From: Ginglymostoma cirratum
Taxonomy: Eukaryota
Direction: 5' to 3'
NCBI GenBank assembly: GCA_024137785.1
Contig: JAHRHZ010000050.1
Location: 13,269,124-13,333,123, forward strand
DNA length: 64,000 nt
The notes beneath the pieces were generated by a model. It had not been told where the DNA came from and made no database searches. It saw only the letters and a program-made list of their open reading frames with translations. This document shows, piece after piece, positions 12,660-23,399 of this stretch (positions are counted from its first letter, which is position 1; each line of letters starts with the position of its first letter). Both the position numbers and the translations under genes were made by a program.

Positions 12660-13080
12660 GAAAAAAAACTTGCATTTATATGGCACCTTTCATGAGCACT
12701 AGACATCGTAAAGTACTTTACAGCCAATGAAACTCTTTTGAAGCGTTAACACCGTGTAATACAGCAGCCAGTTGGTGCACAACAAGCTGTCACAAACAAC
12801 AATTTGATAAAGGCCAGACGACCTGCGTGCAAAAGCGTCAGATATTGAGTGAGGATGAATATTGACCAGGATATCAAAATAAAGCCCTAGGATCTTTTAT
12901 ATCCACCTGCCAGGGCAAATGGTTTAAAGTTGTTACTATAAGGCAAGACCTTTGACTGTGTAAATGGCCCTCACAACTGTGCGAAGTGTCAGTCTAGATT
13001 TTGCACTTAAACTGCTGTGTGGGATTTAAGTCCACTACCTTCTGGCTCAAATGAGCTATCATTTGAGTCACAGCTGATGC
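12660..13080 (-). mobile_element. DeuSINE-like (SacSINE1/AmnSINE1-type) SINE
   Basis: Reversed tail ACTTGCATTTATATGGCACC, Deu-like core (AATATTGACCAGGA, GGATCTTTTATATCCACCTG), reversed tRNA-like head near 13020-13075; similar to 52500-52937. Confidence 0.7.
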
Positions 13081-15788
13081 GCACATTCCCACTTCACACT
13101 CAAAGTAACATCCTCGGTTAAGCCAAAGAAATGAAAGATCGAATTGACGATTCTCCTTTTCTATATGACTCAGCTGTTTAATTAATAAGCAGGCAGTGCC
13201 ACTAGGGAACTCCAGGAATAACTCACCATGAACCCACTTTGAACAATCGTCACAGTAGTAAAAGAATGGAAATGTAGACTTGGAGAACATTTGACAGTGA
13301 ACAGGAGCAAAGGATATTCCGTGTTCTTTGAAGACTGAGAAGGAGGCGGGGTGGGAGGGTGTACTTGAAGGACTGGTTACTGTCTCTTTCTAATTTGGTC
13401 GTGTCAGGGTTGAAGAGCTAACAGCAGGAACTCCCGTTGATTGTTTGGGAAATAGCTGGAAGCCTTTCAGAGTTATGTTAATAACACGCTCCGCTATTAG
13501 AAAAGGAGAACGGGGAGTTGATAATAACAGATTTAATCCACCACAGTGGACTCTCACAATTTTACTTTTTCCTCAGTTTACAAAAAAAAGGGAAAAAAAT
13601 GTAATTGCTTAATTGCGGAAAGTTGACAGAGGGAAAGGGAAACTACAGCTGTTCTTCAGTGAGCTGCATGTGTTTGAATTTGAGGATCAGCTGAGTCAAA
13701 ATCTGCCGTTATGCGAAAGTATTTGAACGAAGATCTTTAACCTGTAAAGCATCAATGGTAGGAATATCCGGCCATTGTGTGAATTCCTTCCCATGTCAGT
13801 TTAGATGTCACTGTGGCCCTACATACTTAGCATCAAATGTCTGTCCATTCTATGCAGCATTTAGGTGTGTGATATTTTTGAATCTCACTGTTCTCAGAGG
13901 TGAAATAAGCCCACGGGTTAAATCACTAGCCAGACTACGTGGTGCAAAGTTACAGTCCATCTCACAATGTGTAAATCTTGGTTTGATCAGAGAGTTGGTG
14001 TCAATTGATTAGACCAGTCTGTTTGAGCTGTGCCCGTCTGAGAAATTACTCACTCGGCATGGTGGTTGAATGGGAAAAGTGGCACAGATTTTACCCACAT
14101 CACATCACAACCGAAGCTGAAGTATGTTGTAAAATGGTGGAAGGTAGTAGATCAGCTGAAGGCTCACTGTGTAGCGTTGAAGCGTATTGATGGGACACTG
14201 GGTAAGCATAGATAAAACCAGCAAAGCTGACCATGATTTGCCAAACTATCCAGCCAACCTCAATTTAATGCAGCTTAATGCGGTTAAATAGTCCATTTAA
14301 CATCACTTAGGCAGAAACAATAGTAGCTATTAGGGAGTTTTATCTGTTTGACATGCTAAGAGACTCAATTGAATTCATCCCAAGTTTCTCATCATATCAC
14401 CATGTTAATAAAGCATTTTTTTTGTAAAATGTAATTTTGATTGTATTTGGCATCTAGAATTTAAAGAAATTGACAGAGAGCACAAGAACATAATGAAACA
14501 GTGAAGAGGGTGGTTCTCAATCTGCAGATTGTAACAGTCCTGAAGGACTGGCTCTGTGAGAGAACTTCGAAAGCTAGACAAGCCATAAGCACATCAGTTC
14601 AACATCCATTTTGTGAAAAGCTGTCTAGAATTATCCTTATTTTTGTTATTTCATTCTGTTGAGTGAAATGTGATGCATTTTCAACAACCCCTTCATTAAC
14701 TGTTAGCCCAGTGAAGGTACAATTGTAAGCCTTCATTCGAGTTGATTCTTATTCTTGATTATCCTTCTGTTGGTTCTGGGGATGAGAACCAGCGCAGATT
14801 ATAAAGAAGGTGGTCACCCTAGAATTATGTCTGTCATACTTTCTCATATTAGTTAGAGATGGCACGCACTTTTTCACTGACTCTAGAATAATAATTTTTG
14901 CCCAGTGCAGTTCAATGCCATATTACATGTTTTCATAAAAGGGCTCAGTGCATTCTGAAAGCACAATGGCTATAGTATAGAGTTATAAGAAAGATTTAAG
15001 TACTCAGAAAAAGAGACATTCCAATATCTAGGAATTCAAGGCCCTGATTAAACTAAAGATATCTACAGGGTAGCTGCCTAAGTCCAACTTTTTCAACAAT
15101 TATTGTTTCTTAAATCTCATTATTTTCTTACACTCCATATTTTCATTTTTTTTCTAATTCCTCCTCATAAGTGAAATGTTTAAAGCGTAAGCTGAAAAAA
15201 AATCATTTGCTTGGCTATGAGAAGGCATATCTACCTTTGGGACATGATAGCATACTTCATAGGGACATCTTAAAATGTGAGAGCAAAGTGACCTTATGAC
15301 TTGTTGTGATGTTGAGTCATGCAGAACGGAAGGCACCCAGGTTTGAGTCAAACAACCTTGACCTAGGTGACCTTAGCCACTTAATAAATCAAAACCAAAA
15401 TAGTAGTTGCTGCAAGACGTTTATTTAGCTGACAACAATGAATCTCCATTAAATATGTATTTGTGATTTCTGGTAAATGTTGCAATTTTCTAGAAAGCAC
15501 CAAAACCTGTTTATCTATTAACCTGCAGACAGGTTAAGTAATACCCTCCAGGGTTCAGAATTTACTCAGACTGCCTCTATTACTTTTCACAAAAAGTAAT
15601 ATGGGCTTCATTTGTACAGGTGCACAATATGTGGACATGAGCAAGAAAGGGCTTCAAATAACAAATGCACATGTTCACTGTACACGACCACATGCATATT
15701 GTATTCAGTTTTCCAAAACTATTCCATTGTTTGTTTCTCAGTGGATCTGGATTGAATGCTATGAGGACTGAGTTTCAAGGTGCACCCT

Positions 15789-16123
15789 GGGGTTGCACAA
15801 CGGCTCTGTGGTTAGCACTGCTGCCTCACAGCACCAGGACACCAGGTTCGATCCTAGCCTTTCTGTGTGGAGTTTGCACATTCTCCCCATGATTGTGTGG
15901 GTTTCTTTCAGGTGCTCTGGTTTCCTCTCACAGTACAACAATGCACAGATTAGATGGATTGGCCATGCTAAATTGTACTGTACTGTGCAGGCTAGCTAGA
16001 TTAGCCATGGGAAATGCAGGATTACAGGGTGGAGGAGCTGGACCTGGGTGGGATACTCTTTGGAGAGTTGGTGCAGATATGATGGGCTGAATGGCGTCTT
16101 TCCAAACTGTAGGGATTCTATGA
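15789..16123 (+). mobile_element. HE1-like tRNA-derived V-SINE
   Basis: Head GTGGTTAGCACTGCTGCCTCACAG, B-box GGTTCGATCC, V-domain TGTGTGGAGTTTGCACATTCTCCCC...TGGATTGGCCATGCTAAATTG, CR1-derived tail ending GGGATTCTATGA. Confidence 0.85.
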
Positions 16124-16799
16124 AACCACTCTCGTTCTGGCTCACTCTCCTTTCTCTGCATGGAGACTGAGCTGTGTTGATATGAAACATGCTGGCCCTG
16201 CCTGTGACAGTGAGGAAGCAGAGCTTTCACAGTAGCTTTTCAATGCTGGATTCAGGGGCCTCCTGATTCATCCACCCTCCACTATCAGTGGAAGTGGGAG
16301 GGGAGTTGGAGGTAAAATAAAGTCTGACCCTATGCACAATTTTCAAAGACTGCTTCCAGAAACGACTCTGAAACGTATCTGTTGAAGAGGTGTCAGACCA
16401 CACAGAGGCTTCTTGGTTTATCACATCAAAGCTCCATCTTGTTTACTGGTGGTGCTCATTGATCAGAGGAACAGACCTTTGTCTGAAATGTGGTGGTGGG
16501 GTGAAGGAGGGTGGTGGTTGGCGATGGTTACAAAGTCAGTTGGGATGAGGGCAGTCTTCCAAATGAGAGATTGTCATTCTCGGTGATGCATCCCGAACCT
16601 AACAAGGACTGAAAGGCTAGGTTTGCTTGAGGTTTATATGCCTATGTAGAAACAGGTAGCATATAATCTACCGGTTAATACAGAAAGCATGCTAATGTGA
16701 ACAATGAAATTGTCAGGATTCTGTCTGAAATGTGGTTAAATACCTTTAAAAGTACAGTACACATATGAGCAAGGGATATGAGTTAACTAAAATCAGTGG

Positions 16800-17043
16800 A
16801 ACAAGAGGAAGGTCAGTGATGACAAGTATGTAAGAAATTTGAGTGAATTAGAGCATTTTGCCTTTCAACAGCTGAGCATCCACAATCTGCTAGGATTAAA
16901 AATTCCATTTGAGTGAAGAATTTCCTCATCTCAGTCCTAAATGGCCTCTTCCTAAATGTCTGATTCTGAACCAATTTTCTCGATTCCCCGAGAGGTAATC
17001 TATTTTCCCGGCATCTACCCTTCCGAGTCATTTAAAAAATGCC
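16800..17043 (-). mobile_element. CR1 LINE 3' end, distal part of an interrupted copy
   Basis: Minus ORF contains RPFRTEMRKFFTQ, typical of the CR1 ORF2 C-terminus. Confidence 0.75.
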
Positions 17044-17046
17044 TTA

Positions 17047-17618
17047 TACCAGATTTTACTCCCTATTGGTGAGTTCGAAGTTTTGGGGGGTGGGGGGATA
17101 TTTTAAAATCCGATAGGTGGTGTTTCGCCACTTATCCCTAAGCTGTCTGAAATTGTGCAAGGGGTAAGGAAGATGCAGAGCTGCCTGTCTGCCCTTGGAA
17201 CGTTTGAAGCCCTTAGGTGGCTACTCGGGCAAGGTGGGGCCACTGTCTTTTGTGTGTTCCCTTGGCACATTGGTGGCATCACCCCCAAGGCCATCATTCC
17301 TTTCCACATGCCCCGTGCCACCTTGAGATCAACCCCTCACCTGTTCAGTTTGAGACTACTGACCTGGGCTCTTTTGTGAGGTGGAGCTATCCGGTGTTCC
17401 AACATTGGCCATCAATCCTATCTGGTACTGCTGGTGACCATTTGATTGACTGACAAGTCCCCAGGTGGGTCCTTTTACAGCAAAAGGGATGGACATTTTG
17501 CTGTAAGGTATTTAATGCTGCTTCCAGCCTTAAATTGCTGTGGACAGCTGTCGGGATTGTGAGTGGATGCCCCAAACGGCAGTTTTGTTGAGATCACAGC
17601 ATTCGATCAAATCTAGGT
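17047..17618. mobile_element. GC-richer insertion splitting a CR1, probable Harbinger-type MITE
   Basis: CR1 is collinear on both sides; imperfect inverted ends ACCAGATTTTAC and ATCAAATCTAGGT; TTA(T) on both flanks. Confidence 0.5.
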
Positions 17619-17890
17619 TTATACATGTCAAAAAAGTCACATTTCATTCTTCTAAATTCTGGGAAATAGCAACCTAATGTACTCAATATTTCCTCAAAGG
17701 ACGACACTCTCAATGCACGAAAAGCAGTCTTGTGAACCTTCATTACTCTTGCCAAAGATATGTGTATCCTCTCGGTAGCTAGGAGACTAAAGTTTCCACA
17801 ATAGTTCCCATATGGGCTCACTGACGCCCAATCTAGGTGCAGTAAGACATCTTCACTTTTATGGTCTAAGCCCTTGATAATAAAAAAAAT
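17619..17890 (-). mobile_element. CR1 LINE ORF2 C-terminal fragment, proximal part
   Basis: Minus ORF 17594-17911: IKGLDHKSEDVLLHL...SFEEILSTLG..PEFRRMKCDFFDMYK. Confidence 0.8.
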
Positions 17891-20800
17891 ATAGTGATGA
17901 GGAGTAGACAACCATACTGAACTTCAATCGTTTGGAAGGGTTTTATGAGGCTTTCTACATTTTGAAGAAGTAAATTTATCAATTTAATTAATCTAGAAAT
18001 GAACTCCAGTGCTTGATTTGCATTTTTATGACCTTGGTAACCTGCATTGATATTTCTAAAGTTTGGTGCAACTGTACTGCTCTATCCTTTTGCTCATTTA
18101 CTTTATTAGGTTCTTATTTTCAAAGAAGTATATGGCCTCCTTATTCCTCCTGCCAAAATACGTTATGATAACTTGTATGTGTGAGGCTTGTTCCCTATTT
18201 ACAGACTTATTCAGAAATTTTGCAAGTGGCACTTGGTTTATTAAACTTTCAGTCACTTGTACTTGTTAAGTGGCTATTCAGCAGCTTCAGAGTTGTGAAA
18301 GTAGCTTTATTACAGTCTCATTGTAGCTGGCAGGCTTCTTTTGTTCTCTCTAATTAATTTGAGTTTCACAGAAGCATTGGCAGGAAAATTTTGCGCATGC
18401 GTCATTTTGATTGACAGTTATTAAACGCAACAAAGAATAGAGTTATTATCTCATTTTACCGAAATAATGGAATATATGACCCAAGGAGAGTTTCATGCTG
18501 ACGTGGGTAAGATGGTTGGTGGGGGAGGTGGCTGTAATGGTGACTGTTGACTTTCCTCCTGTCAAGGGAATACAACAAAAGGTTGCCATGGTTACAAAGC
18601 AGAACTTGCCATTTTGGACTCACGCTGACATTTTGACTCAAATTTTCAATGGAAGGAATTTCAGCCACCCCTGATCTCTCACCCACCCCCTCATCCTACC
18701 CTCAAACACTGGGGTACCTGAAGATGGTAAGCACTCCCCTATTCTAGCACAAAGTTATTTTAACTTAATGTACACAAAATTCACCAAAATGGTTGCTAAA
18801 AAAGCAATGGAGTAAAATCGTGCTGCACAAGTATTAGTACCCAAACAATTAACATGTACGTGTACATTCCTTCATACAGTTAACATTACACAACATGATT
18901 TGATCCCAGTGATACTTCTTTTTAATGCTACCTGTGTGATTCAGTCAGATTCATCCTTGGGGATGATGTGCTTTCTAGAAATTGGTGTAAAATGTACTTC
19001 ACCTAGTCTGCCACATTTGTATATCGAGGGTCAAAGTCAGTCTTATTTCTTTTTTCTCTCAAACTTGCATCTCTTGGGCGAAGGTAAAATAATGAGTACC
19101 TCCTATTTGGCCTCCCTGCATGGGTGGATGTTCTGCCAAGCAGCACTGTTGCACAGAGGGGATAGATAATCACACATGTTTAGTGGCTCGCACAAAAGCC
19201 TCATCTGTTAACATCTCTTTAACCAGTCACTGCAGTGATTGCTTTCTTTCAAATGCTTTCATGCACAGAGTCATCAGCCAGCTGCAAAGGGAACAGGAGA
19301 GTAAGTTGTTGAAATTCATGACTGCCAGTTCTCCGCCCTGTGCTTTTCAACCTCCTCCTGTCTCCCCTCCGCCCTACCAAAGTGAAATGCCTGGGCTGAG
19401 TAGTAAGGTCTCTGTTTCTTTTGTGGTTGTGTACTCATAGAACAGGTTGCTCGCTGGACCATGTTGACAGCAGGATTTTTTTTTTTAAAAAACAGATTTG
19501 GCCTCTAATAACTGACTTGAAAAAGGTGGCAATTGAGTGAAAGATAACTGATTCAGCTGTAGATTGCAAGTAGCTGTTATCCACCCCAATCCCAATCCAG
19601 CCTCTCGGGACAATTGCTGTATAGGCAGCACTAATTCACTCTCCTCTAACTATCGAAGGGTCATTACTGAAGGCTTTGTGACCGTTATTGACATGTCTGA
19701 ACAGATGTCAATATGATCTCTGCCTGCTTTGATGTGTTCTTTGCTCAGTCTCTCGAGTGTAGTGCAGTACACCATCTGGACTGCAGTTAGTCCAGCCTGG
19801 AGTAAGAGTAGCTTCTGTTCTGAGTGCTATGGAGTGTTGCAGTTCCTTAGCCTCAGTGCTTGCATCGTGCATGCTAATGATTTCCACATCTTTATCTCTT
19901 TTATATATAAATAGCATAGCCAAATCAACAGAGTGTCAAATAAGATCAAATTTTGAACAAAGTCTTGTTTCTAGGAATATTGACTGTACACCTCCCCTGT
20001 TCAGATTTTTAAGAATAAAAATAATTTACCATAGCGTTCTTCTTCACTAATTTTCCTGCCCATTACTTTTTAAATATGTAAACTTTAAAATTATTCCACA
20101 GTAGCTTTCAATATTTATTCTGTTTTACATTTCAAGGACTGCTGGTTTTCTGTTGATGTTTCAAGTATTCCAAGTTTATGGATACTGAAAATATGCTGAG
20201 TGTGGGTGCAATCCAGTCACCGCCAGTCTAATTTCATTCTCTTTTGGCAGATGTAAGCATTCCTGACTCAAGAACAATAAAACGGTGTAGACTGGGGAAA
20301 AGTCTTTTTACGTATGAATGAATTGCAGCTATTGGCTAGACAAATACTTTAAACGCTGTCAGCTCTGAGATTAACTGATATTTACAGATGTTCATTCAAC
20401 AAGAGAGCTCCTCAGCAGTAATATTTCCACACTTTTAAAATAGTGTTTAGTTTTTTGAAAAACGCAGAAAAATACAGGGAGCTCCAATGAATGTCACATT
20501 GAAAATTGTAATCTGCAGGTCCACAGATCACGTGCCATGTTCCTGTATTTGCAATTTTAAAAATTAGGATATGATTCATATTCTGTGCCACACTTGTTGC
20601 AACATTTTCATTTTTGGATCTTTTGAAAAACTCTTTGCCTAAAGACACTGATTTATTAGAGTTAACTTTTCAAAATCACATTTCTGACATATTTGTGAAA
20701 TCCTGTCATACACAAGCCCACTCGCTCGATAATGTGCCCGGGAAGGTCAGGGTCCTATCAGAAGAGTGAGATTCTGTAAACTCAATATGTCCAGCAAACA

Positions 20801-22861
20801 TTTTTGCAGAAATTGTGGAAGGAGCCTTCCAGGCAAGGACCTGTTTTTTTCTGGAGTGAGGCACTACTGTCACCATAATCTTTTCAGCCCATTAGACCTG
20901 AGACTGAATATACAAACTAAAATACTGATGACATCTAGAAACAGTAACCAAAAAAAAATCACTGCTGTTCCTATCATAGTTATCAGAGGCAAAACTCCTA
21001 GTCTGACCCTAATGAGCTGTAATGAAGTCCTGCTTAATGTGAAAAGATGGTCATTAGATGTTTCTGTGCAATGAGTGCAGTAAGAATGAAGTGAAAAACA
21101 ACAACATTTACATGGAATGAAGCAATTATATTAACATTTCAGAACATTCATCTTTCACTTGTGACGTAACTTGCAACTTGCATTGACGAAGATCAACTCG
21201 ATATGTTTGTTTAGTGGATGCAGAAATACAAGCAGTAATGCTTGTCATAAAAAGGATTTAGCAAATGCAGAAACAGAAAAATGATTGTGTGCATTGAGAA
21301 TGGCTGAGAAAGTGCTGAGCATGTGGTAATGTCTTCATTGACAGTGGCATGTGCTGGTCAGCAGTGATGCTGTTGGATGATGTACTTGTGCCTGACTGCT
21401 GTGGCAGGGGGCTAGGCCATTAGGGCAAGATTAATGCCACAATTCGAAGGCAAAAAGCCGCTTCAGAAGAGAATGATTACAGGGTTTTGCAGAAACGGAG
21501 AAAGCCATCAGGAGAGCAGTTACCTCGACAGGGAAACAAATGGTGAACACCTGGAGGGTCAACAAAGAGCAGCCCAGGAGCTAAAGTCACGGATGACCCA
21601 GTTGCTGTGATGAATGCTGTGCAGCAAGTTGCTGAGATTACCAGGCCTGCAAACTTGTCAGCTACTTGTAAATTATGATTATTTTATCGTGAAAAGTATC
21701 TCGTAATTCGTCACTTCAATCCCAAGTGGTCACTCGCTCAATGACCTGAATGGCAGGTATGCTTTTAGCTATGCTGACGCTAATAAAATGTTGGGAGCGC
21801 GAACTCTGAGTGGTATTAAGTGCAGTGTGGTATTTGCAGGTGGGTAGTTCAAACATTCCCATCTGCTGAAGCACCAGATCAGCACTGCTAACTTCCCTCA
21901 GTTAACAATTAAAGCAGTCACTTTGTAGATGCAGTAGCCACCTAAGGGGCAAGCACACCTTGGGACTTAAATAACAGTTAACATTTATTTGGTCTGTAGC
22001 TGACAGGTCTGGGAGACCACACAAATACTGTACTCTCGTTGAGGCCACATGTTCAATTTGTAATGATCCAAAATGAAGTCATTTTGCTGTAGATGTGAGA
22101 AAGGTAAAGCAGAAATCATTTTGCCAAAAAAGAAAGTTGATTCCTATTTATTTTTAAAAAATTCTTCCTTCCTTCCACTGATGTGTGAGCTGAAATTTGG
22201 GGTGTGGGGAAGGGGAGCTGGTTGAGGTGTCCCCACTGGGTGTGTTTTCAAGTATCTAGCTCACTGCTCTCAAACCCAGCCCTGAATGATGCCCATAATG
22301 CACCCGGTCAGCATATTGAAATCAGTAATTTATTTAGCCATTTCGGCTTGTTAATAATCCTATAGGCTTGAACAATACAGTACACGTTCCAAAATATGGT
22401 TGGCATGGCAAGTTGGGAGAGACTGGATTGGCCACTTTTTACACGACAAAAGGTATGATCAGGCACATCATTTGTAGGGTGTCTTGTGCAGATCGGGGGC
22501 ACAACATCCTGCCCCCCTTCCCCAGCCCAACCTCACCCCTTCGCCCCCTTACAAAATGTCATCTCTCACTTCCTTCCAAGCTGCCTGCCTAACTGAGTGT
22601 GGGACCCCACCCCTCTCTCCATAAACTCTAGGATTCCTCCCAGCCCTAAGGCCCTGGGGCTTACCTTCTCAGGGAAACCATGATCCCCATCAGACCTCTT
22701 CCTGAAACCAGGTAGCACTCAGCACTGAGGTTCTGGCTAGCCTGGAGTGATGGAGCTGATTGCCAATCTGATTAGATAGCAGCCTCCAAGGACATGACCT
22801 CCTCCCTTTGGAGGGCAGATGTACCCAGGGTAATCAATGTACCAGTGTGTTCTGACAATGG

Positions 22862-23081
22862 GATAACAAGGTGTAGAGCTGGATGAACACAGCAGGCCAA
22901 GCAGCATCAGACAAGCAGGAAGGCTGACGTTTCAGGCCTAGACCCTTCTTCAGAAATAAGAAGGGCCTAGGCCTGAAACATCAGCCTTCCTGCTCCTCTG
23001 ATGCTGTTTGGCCTGCTGTGTTCATTCAGCTCTACACCTTGTTATCTCAGATTCTCCAGCATCTGCAGTTCCTACTGTCTC
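22862..23081. mobile_element. Fold-back (palindromic) non-autonomous PLE derivative made only of two inverted termini plus tail
   Basis: 89-nt inverted arms 22862-22950 and 22958-23046 (about 6 mismatches), 7-nt spacer, tail 23047-23081, imperfect 14-bp TSD TGTTCTGACAATGG (22848-22861) / TGCTCTGACTATGG (23082-23095). Confidence 0.9.
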
Positions 23082-23399
23082 TGCTCTGACTATGGGTTGG
23101 GATTCCTCAGAGAATCACCTTCCAGCTGATTTTCCTTCCAAGGAGGGGAGCAAGCAGTAAGTTGCATCCTGAGGAATAATACAGTTCATTAATTTGGTTC
23201 TTGAAGAGTAGTAATTCTAGCCAGTGGAGGCTAGAGCTCCAGCTCAGCTTTTGTTGAGGTCGTTGCAATATGAAATATTAGGTGCTTCAGTGCACTTTTG
23301 CCTGACTTAGACTGACTGTTGGTCAGTTGGATCAGACTGTGGCACTGTTTGACCAAACAATGGTTTCTGGGTGTGGCATGTCAATGCCTAAGCATTGTT

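Noticed and set aside
15789-15860. tRNA gene, also at ~28361 and ~63210
   Set aside because: A/B-box-like motifs belong to SINE heads; there is no cloverleaf and SINE bodies follow
22862-23046. miRNA precursor or DNA-transposon MITE
   Set aside because: The arms are the PLE terminus found at 59294-59382, and the tail and long TSD fit retrotransposition
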